From Candidatus Iainarchaeum sp. (GTDB lineage Archaea; Iainarchaeota; Iainarchaeia; Iainarchaeales; JAZDFD01), in the NCBI GenBank assembly GCA_043808155.1, contig JAZDFD010000013.1, positions 1 to 42,657 on the forward strand: a stretch of 42,657 nt of DNA, read 5' to 3'. The position numbers were made by a program, and so were the translations under genes. How positions within the stretch are numbered: position 1 is the stretch's first letter; each line of letters starts with the position of its first letter. Below the pieces are notes generated by a model. It worked only from the letters and a program-made list of their open reading frames with translations. It was not told the origin of the DNA and searched no databases. Positions 36,823-42,657 of this stretch are shown here, piece by piece.

Positions 36823-38669
36823 TTCTCCTTTTTCTCAAGTAAAAATTCATGCGCTGCCTTTGAAACATCACCAATGTCCCTTATATTCTTTTTCATTAAG
36901 GTTTCCAAAAACATTTCCCTCTCGCTGAGCTCATTATCAAGCTGTTTCTTAGTCATTCCAGTAAAATCCTGCAATTTTTTCACATAAAGACTTGGTATAT
37001 TTGTTCTGTTAATGCTATCATCAACAGGGTCTCTTTCAAATATTGCTTGGGTTTGTGCTTTGCCCTCAAGCACACCGCTAACTTCAGCAACTTCAGTGAC
37101 TCTTCTGATTGTGCCTTTTTTCTTATCATGCAGTCTGTGCTGAACCAGAATCATATCTAATCCTGAAAGCATAATCTCAGGAACATTCATTGGCGGACTT
37201 GTAACACGTACAATAGTTTCTCTTGGGGAGTTTGCGTGGACTGTACCGAGCGAGCCGTCGTGACCAGTATTCATTGCAGTAAATAATGAAAATGCTTCGT
37301 CATGCCTAATTTCACCCATAATGATTCTGTCAGGTCTCATTCTCAGACTGTTCTTTGTCAAAATATCTAATGTTAATTCACCTTTTCCTTCCAATCCTGG
37401 AGGTCGTGACTCTAATCTAATCCAATGTGTGAGTGGTAAACTTAATTCAGCTGTGTCTTCAATTGTAATTATTCTCTCACCTGAAGGAATAAACGAAGCT
37501 AAAACATTCAAAGTAGTTGTTTTACCAGAACCAGTTCCCCCTGAAATCAAAATATTTGCTGGACGGGTATTTTCACCCTCAACTGCCAACCATAGGAACG
37601 CTGCTAATTTTGCATTAACTGTCCCCATAGTCATCAAATCAATAACACTGTAAGGATCTTCTCTAAACTTTCTGATTGTTAACGAACTCCCCGAAACAGA
37701 TGCAGGAGGTATTGTTGCATTTACCCTGCTCCCATCTGGAAGTCTTGCATCTAACAAAGGTGATGAAATATCAACACGCCTTCCAACCTGCCTTGCAATC
37801 CTATTCACTAAATCCTGAACTTCATTATCTGAATAGAACTCAATATTTGTTGTCATCATCTCATATTCCCTGTGGAATACATAAACTGGCTTCTTAGGCC
37901 CAATAACCATAATTTCTTCTAATTTGTCATCCCTAACCAATGGGTCAATTATACCATAACCAACCATTTCACGTACAACTGCATCTGCGTAGAAACTAAA
38001 TCTTCTTTCAGGAACTCGTAATTCATGAGAACTTTTCAAAATATCCATAACCTGCTGTTTATACACAATTCTTCTCTGCTCAGGATCCCTGATTCTGTAA
38101 GGCGCAATACTAATCAAACGGGTAGCAACTTCCTTCACTGTGTTAATAATCGCTTTTTCAGAAGCAGTTGGTCTTGGAACTGGAATCATATAATAAAGCA
38201 GTGATTTTCCAGGAATTTTGTAGATTTTTACTTCCCCATAGCTTGCAACTTCAATTCTTTTACTAGCGGTTTCAATCTCTTGTTCAGCAAGGCTTTTTCC
38301 AACCTGCTCTTCCTCAACTGCTTCTTTCATCACTTTTACAGGATCTTCAGCAGTCTCCTCTGATTCACCAGCTGCTTTTTCAGGAACCATTGGTTTATGC
38401 CCTCTTTCAATACGTGAAGAAGACGTTCTCCCCAAAACTCGTAATTGATCCTCTAATTTAGATTCAATATCTTTTTGCCTTTCAAGATCTTCTTTAGAAA
38501 CAGGTTCTTCAATCTCTTCCTCAACTTCTTCAATTTCCTTTTCAGGAACTCTTGCCGGAATTTCTTCCTGAACTGGTTTATTTTTTGATTTTTTCTTTTC
38601 CAAGTCTTCCTCGGATTTTTTCTGTTCTTTAACTTTAGTAATTAGATCTTTAAGATAATCTTTAGACAT
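36819..38669 (-). CDS. type IV pilus assembly ATPase (TadA/CpaF/FlaI family)
   Basis: LEEIMVIG, LDARLPDGSRVNA, GGTGSGKTT, LRMRPDRIIMGEIR, NTGHDGSLGTVHAN; charged low-complexity N-terminus. Confidence 0.93.
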   Translation of the reverse strand: MSKDYLKDLITKVKEQKKSEEDLEKKKSKNKPVQEEIPARVPEKEIEEVEEEIEEPVSKEDLERQKDIESKLEDQLRVLGRTSSSRIERGHKPMVPEKAAGESEETAEDPVKVMKEAVEEEQVGKSLAEQEIETASKRIEVASYGEVKIYKIPGKSLLYYMIPVPRPTASEKAIINTVKEVATRLISIAPYRIRDPEQRRIVYKQQVMDILKSSHELRVPERRFSFYADAVVREMVGYGIIDPLVRDDKLEEIMVIGPKKPVYVFHREYEMMTTNIEFYSDNEVQDLVNRIARQVGRRVDISSPLLDARLPDGSRVNATIPPASVSGSSLTIRKFREDPYSVIDLMTMGTVNAKLAAFLWLAVEGENTRPANILISGGTGSGKTTTLNVLASFIPSGERIITIEDTAELSLPLTHWIRLESRPPGLEGKGELTLDILTKNSLRMRPDRIIMGEIRHDEAFSLFTAMNTGHDGSLGTVHANSPRETIVRVTSPPMNVPEIMLSGLDMILVQHRLHDKKKGTIRRVTEVAEVSGVLEGKAQTQAIFERDPVDDSINRTNIPSLYVKKLQDFTGMTKKQLDNELSEREMFLETLMKKNIRDIGDVSKAAHEFLLEKKEN

Positions 38670-38782
38670 TTAACCACCAGCTGAAGCCACTATAAAGTAA
38701 CGCTTTCTTTTATATAAAACTATTTGTTTGAATTATTTATTCAGATAACGTATTCAATCTTCTGAACCAGAATAAGAAAAAT

Positions 38783-40693
38783 TCACTTTCTTTCTTTAAT
38801 TTCTTTACAAAGTTCTTTAACAAAATCATCAACAGACACATCTTTCTTCAATGTACCATCATGTTTCCTGACTGCAACTTTTTTAGACGCAACTTCGTTG
38901 TCACCAACTGTTAATGTGTAAGGAATCTTTCTGAGTTCTGCATCTCTGACTTTGTAAGAAACAGTATCATTCTTATCATCGACTTCAACTCTGACTCTTC
39001 CCGCTCTTAATTTATCCGCAATTTCATTTGCAAACCCAACATGCTTGTCACTAATTGCAATAATTTTAACCTGCATCGGACTTAACCATGCTGGAAAATT
39101 TCCTGCATAATGTTCAATTAAAATTCCAAAGAACCTTTCCATCGAACCAAAGATTGCTCTGTGAATCATTACTGGTCTGTGTTCCTTATCGTCTTTTCCA
39201 ATATAACTCAAATCAAATTTCTCCGGCATTGAAAAATCCAACTGAATTGTTCCGCACTGCCAGTTTCTTTTTAATGAATCTCTAATATGGAAATCAATTT
39301 TCGGACCATAGAATGCACCGTCACCTTCACTGATTTTGTATTCTGTTTTTGTTTTCGCAAGTGCTTTCTTTAAAGTTTCTTCTGCAAAGTCCCAGTTTTT
39401 AATTTCGCCCATGAATTTTTCAGGGCGTGTACTTAATTCAATTTCAACATTATCAAAACCAAATGTTTTGTAAATTCTTTTTACTAAATTTAAAACACCA
39501 ATTATTTCATCCTGCATTTGTTCTTCAGTGCAGAAAATATGTGCATCATCTAATGAAAATTTTCTGACTCTGAACAAACCATTAAGCACACCGCTTTTCT
39601 CATGCCTGTGCACAATTCCCATTTCCGCCATTCGTATAGGCAAATCCCTGTAAGAATATCTTTTATTTTTGTAAATTAAAATTCCGCCGGGGCAGTTCAT
39701 TGGTTTGATTGCATAATCTCCCTCGTCAATTTTTGTAAAATACATATTCTCTTTGTAATGGTCCCAGTGTCCTGATTGTCTCCATAAACTTTCATTCAAA
39801 ACAATTGGCGTATTTACAAAGAAATAACCATCATCTTCGTGCTCTGTATTCCAGTAATTCTGCATCTCATTCCAGACTGTCATTCCGTTTCCATGAATGA
39901 ACACAACACCTGGTGCTTCATCATGCAGTGAAAACAAATCTAATTCTCTCCCAAGTTTTAAATGATTTCTTTTCTTAACTTCTTTTTGAAATTCTTCATA
40001 TTCATTTAACATTTTTTTATCTGGAAATGCAATCCCGTAAATTCTCTGAAGCATTTTGTTTTTTTCAGAACCTCTCCAGTACGCGCCTCCGGTTTTTAAT
40101 AATTTAAATGCTCTGAGTTTTGAAGTATCTAATAAATGCGGACCTGCACACAAATCAACAAAATCTCCGTGTTTGTAAATTGTAACTTTTTTATCTGGCA
40201 AATCCTGAATCAGTTCAACTTTATAATCTTCTTTTTGTTTTTTAAAAAATGAAATCGCATCTTCACGTTTCATTTCGCTTCTTTCAAACTTCAGTTTTTT
40301 TTCTGCAATCTCATTCATCTTTTTTTCAATCTTTGGAAAGTCTTCCGGCTGGAATGGTTTTGAGACATCAAAATCATAATAAAATCCTTCTTCAATTGAC
40401 GGTCCGATTGCAACTTTTGCTTCAGGATATAATTGTTTAACTGCATCTGCCATTATGTGAGAACTTGAATGCCACAATGCTTCTTTTCCTTTCTGATCTT
40501 TAAAAGTGAAAATTCTAAAATCACAATCTGTTTCAATTTTAAAATTCAAATCCACAATTTTACCATTAACTTCCGCTGCTAAAGAATCAGACACCAGTCT
40601 TTGCCCAATGCTTTGGGCAATTTCTAATGGCGTAATGCCTTTGTTATATTTCCCCTTCTTTCCGTCAGGGAACTTTACTGTAACACTTGTCAT
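38783..40693 (-). CDS. thrS: threonyl-tRNA synthetase, bacterial-type architecture (TGS + editing + catalytic + anticodon domains)
   Basis: HSSSHIMA, DLCAGPH, GAYWRG, KPMNCP, DDAHIF, GAFYGPKID, QCGTIQLDF, MIHRAIFGSMERF. Confidence 0.97.
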   Translation of the reverse strand: MTSVTVKFPDGKKGKYNKGITPLEIAQSIGQRLVSDSLAAEVNGKIVDLNFKIETDCDFRIFTFKDQKGKEALWHSSSHIMADAVKQLYPEAKVAIGPSIEEGFYYDFDVSKPFQPEDFPKIEKKMNEIAEKKLKFERSEMKREDAISFFKKQKEDYKVELIQDLPDKKVTIYKHGDFVDLCAGPHLLDTSKLRAFKLLKTGGAYWRGSEKNKMLQRIYGIAFPDKKMLNEYEEFQKEVKKRNHLKLGRELDLFSLHDEAPGVVFIHGNGMTVWNEMQNYWNTEHEDDGYFFVNTPIVLNESLWRQSGHWDHYKENMYFTKIDEGDYAIKPMNCPGGILIYKNKRYSYRDLPIRMAEMGIVHRHEKSGVLNGLFRVRKFSLDDAHIFCTEEQMQDEIIGVLNLVKRIYKTFGFDNVEIELSTRPEKFMGEIKNWDFAEETLKKALAKTKTEYKISEGDGAFYGPKIDFHIRDSLKRNWQCGTIQLDFSMPEKFDLSYIGKDDKEHRPVMIHRAIFGSMERFFGILIEHYAGNFPAWLSPMQVKIIAISDKHVGFANEIADKLRAGRVRVEVDDKNDTVSYKVRDAELRKIPYTLTVGDNEVASKKVAVRKHDGTLKKDVSVDDFVKELCKEIKERK

Positions 40694-40828
40694 TTGTATA
40701 CACTCCTCAAGTTCCCGGTGTGTCCTATTAATACAAACCTGTATTCTTTTTTTAAATCTTTAAGTCTGCAGTACACTACTTACTTTGTCATAAATCCTCT
40801 TTTATTAATTCCTTTAAATGAAATATAT

Positions 40829-42058
40829 ATGCCTTCACAAAAAATGTGTCTTGCGTGTAAAGGGCGATTATGGTGCGGACCTAAGTGTCACATTTTAGAA
40901 AAGTATTCAAGAAGAAAAAGAATTACATCAAAAATAAAAAATAATGAATTCTCAGGAACAATGCCACCTGGTGTTTTTGTTTCATGGACATCATATCCAA
41001 AAATTTCTTTAGCACCATTAAGCCCGCCGTTCTCCGGAACTGACATTAAAGTAATGGACACACCTGAACAATGGTTCAATAAAGACAGAGATGAAATAAT
41101 TAATTTCAGGGAATCACTAATCCGCGCAAACAGAAAATTCAATGTAACTTCAGCTTCAAATCCTTCTTATGATTTAGTTGAAATTCAGGAATCAATTATG
41201 AGCTCAGAACCAGTTGATGTTGAAATCACATTAACAAGAACCCCAAATTATGAACTTTCATTTTCAGATTCATCCGCGCCCTTAGGTCCAAGTGCAGATT
41301 TAAAAACTTTTAAATTAAATGAAAATCCAAAAATTCCCCAAAAAGTAGATTATTTAGTTTCTGACACAGATGTAAACTCAAATACTGCCTTAACTGAATT
41401 GCATTCTTCAGGTTTTGATGTTTCTTATCTTTACAAACTTTTAAGCTCAGGTGTTTTAGGTGTAAAAAAGAACAGAAGATTAGTTCCAACACGCTGGGCA
41501 ATTACTGCAACTGATTCAAACATATCTTCACAATTAATTGACAAAATAAAATACATGAAAGAACTTAATGAAATTCAAATTTTCAATTCAGAATATTTAG
41601 GAAACTATTTTCACGTTTTAATTTATCCCTCACAATGGGAATTTGAAAACTTAGAATCCTGGCAACCAGGAACTGTATGGACAAGTGATGAAACTTCTGC
41701 AAATATAATGTCCGATTCTGAATTTTACAAAGGCAGAAAAACTTACGCTTCAAATACTGCAGGTGCATATTATGCATCAAGATTAGCAGTTGCAGAATAC
41801 TTAACAAAACAAAAAAGACAAGCAGGATGCATAATTTTCAGGGAAATTTCAAAAGATTACGACATTCCAATGGGTGTCTGGGTAATAAGAGAAACAGTAA
41901 GAAACGCACTTTCCAAATCACCATTAAAATTTTACGATTTCAATTTAGCTCTGAATTACCTCTCCACAAAACTCAAAAACCCAATGAAATCCTATTCACA
42001 AATGTCTTCATTAATTGACAAAAGAAAACACCAGAAACGAATTAGTGAATTTTTTTGA
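40829..42058 (+). CDS. nreA: Nre family DNA repair protein with C-terminal PIP box
   Basis: CLACKGRLWCG..C, RRLVPTRWAITATD, GAYYASRL, GVWVIRE, terminal QKRISEFF; start moved to ATG 40829. Confidence 0.9.
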   Translation: MPSQKMCLACKGRLWCGPKCHILEKYSRRKRITSKIKNNEFSGTMPPGVFVSWTSYPKISLAPLSPPFSGTDIKVMDTPEQWFNKDRDEIINFRESLIRANRKFNVTSASNPSYDLVEIQESIMSSEPVDVEITLTRTPNYELSFSDSSAPLGPSADLKTFKLNENPKIPQKVDYLVSDTDVNSNTALTELHSSGFDVSYLYKLLSSGVLGVKKNRRLVPTRWAITATDSNISSQLIDKIKYMKELNEIQIFNSEYLGNYFHVLIYPSQWEFENLESWQPGTVWTSDETSANIMSDSEFYKGRKTYASNTAGAYYASRLAVAEYLTKQKRQAGCIIFREISKDYDIPMGVWVIRETVRNALSKSPLKFYDFNLALNYLSTKLKNPMKSYSQMSSLIDKRKHQKRISEFF

Positions 42059-42197
42059 GTATAAACTGCTTTTTATGAATGCAAGGTTGTAATTTCTGAT
42101 TATTAAATGCTTTTTCTGAACGCAATGTTTTTATATTACAAAAGTCTATAAATAATCAAATTAGTCTTAATTGAAAAACACACATGGGGTATTTGAT

Positions 42198-42657
42198 ATG
42201 AGAAAAATTTTTGATAAAGCACAGGGAGCAACAGAATATATGCTGATTCTCGCTGGAGCAATTTTTGTAGCTGCAATATTACTTGCGCTTTTGGCCAATA
42301 TGAGTGGCATAACCAAAAATGAAGCTCAAGGTGGCTTAGCTGATCTTTTCTGTGTTACTAGCTGTGATGTTATTAATTGCCCATCTCACCAATGTGAATC
42401 AAATGTAGATTGCCCTACTAAGGCACTACCTAACTGTTCGGGTCCCCCTGCTTGTGTTTGTGTAGCTGGCGGCGGAGGTCCAACCCACAAAGAATGCTCT
42501 GGAACATCATGTGTTAATATAGCAGGTGCAGGAACAGATGAGTGCACCACAAATTTAGATTGCGGAGGCATCATAACCCACAAAGAATGCTCTGGAACAT
42601 CATGTGTTAATATAGCAGGTGCAGGAACAGATGAGTGCACCACAAATTTAGACTGTG
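42198..42657 (+). CDS. class III signal-peptide protein with Cys-rich tandem repeats (3' truncated), not in the ORF track
   Basis: Own translation MRKIFDKA|QGATEYMLILAGAIFVAAILLALL...CESNVDCP...THKECSGTSCVNIAGAGTDECTTNLDC; open to the window end. Confidence 0.85.
   Translation, partial: MRKIFDKAQGATEYMLILAGAIFVAAILLALLANMSGITKNEAQGGLADLFCVTSCDVINCPSHQCESNVDCPTKALPNCSGPPACVCVAGGGGPTHKECSGTSCVNIAGAGTDECTTNLDCGGIITHKECSGTSCVNIAGAGTDECTTNLDC
42482..42652 (+). repeat. 78-bp exact tandem coding repeat, 93-bp (31-aa) period
   Basis: 42482-42559 is identical to 42575-42652. Confidence 0.95.

Noticed and set aside
39541-39575. ThrRS motif FSLDDAH instead of FTQDDAH
   Set aside because: Leu at this position occurs in other functional ThrRS; the zinc ligands (C, H, H) are intact
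34502-42072. 11-bp match taaactgcttt upstream of two pilin genes (34502 and 42062)
   Set aside because: Opposite orientation and different spacing relative to the genes; compatible with chance
42386-42643. Minus-strand 85-aa ORF in the track
   Set aside because: Antisense shadow of the plus-strand pilin-tagged gene
42482-42652. CRISPR-like repeat
   Set aside because: 78-bp unit, in-frame 93-bp period inside a coding region, no cas genes; same reasoning applies to 5644-5740

Overview
AT-rich, gene-dense archaeal chromosome segment. Archaeal markers include NurA/HerA, Rad50, Rpo6, eS17, aEF-1beta, class I CCA enzyme, Taw3, Elp3, Pelota, ABCE1, Nre and a tRNA with a strict bulge-helix-bulge (BHB) intron. 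The compact layout, bacterial-type ThrRS/GpmI/YggS and many class III signal-peptide proteins suggest a DPANN lineage, possibly Iainarchaeota/Diapherotrites (inference only). Contents in order: a DNA-repair/information-gene block (1-8.4 kb); a free-standing LAGLIDADG gene whose last codons and stop lie inside an intron-containing tRNA-Arg(TCG); a large pilin-anchored Cys/Asp-rich surface protein; a tRNA-modification/ribosome-rescue block (13-24.5 kb); a ~14 kb minus-strand type IV pilus region (ATPase, two TadC-like proteins, prepilin peptidase, 10 pilin-like genes) interrupted by OB-fold, TctA-like, GT-C, JAMM and gpmI genes; then thrS, nre and a further pilin-tagged repeat protein. Best leads: (1) the LAGLIDADG/tRNA overlap; (2) a catalytically dead, exonuclease-less family B polymerase derivative with a GINS-B-like insert, between HerA and Rad50; (3) a repeated intergenic hairpin motif AAACCCG-N8-CGGGTGT..GCCTA; (4) major-pilin-like N-termini fused to large cargo domains outside the pilus locus. 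All protein assignments come from motif recognition by eye; no searches were run.
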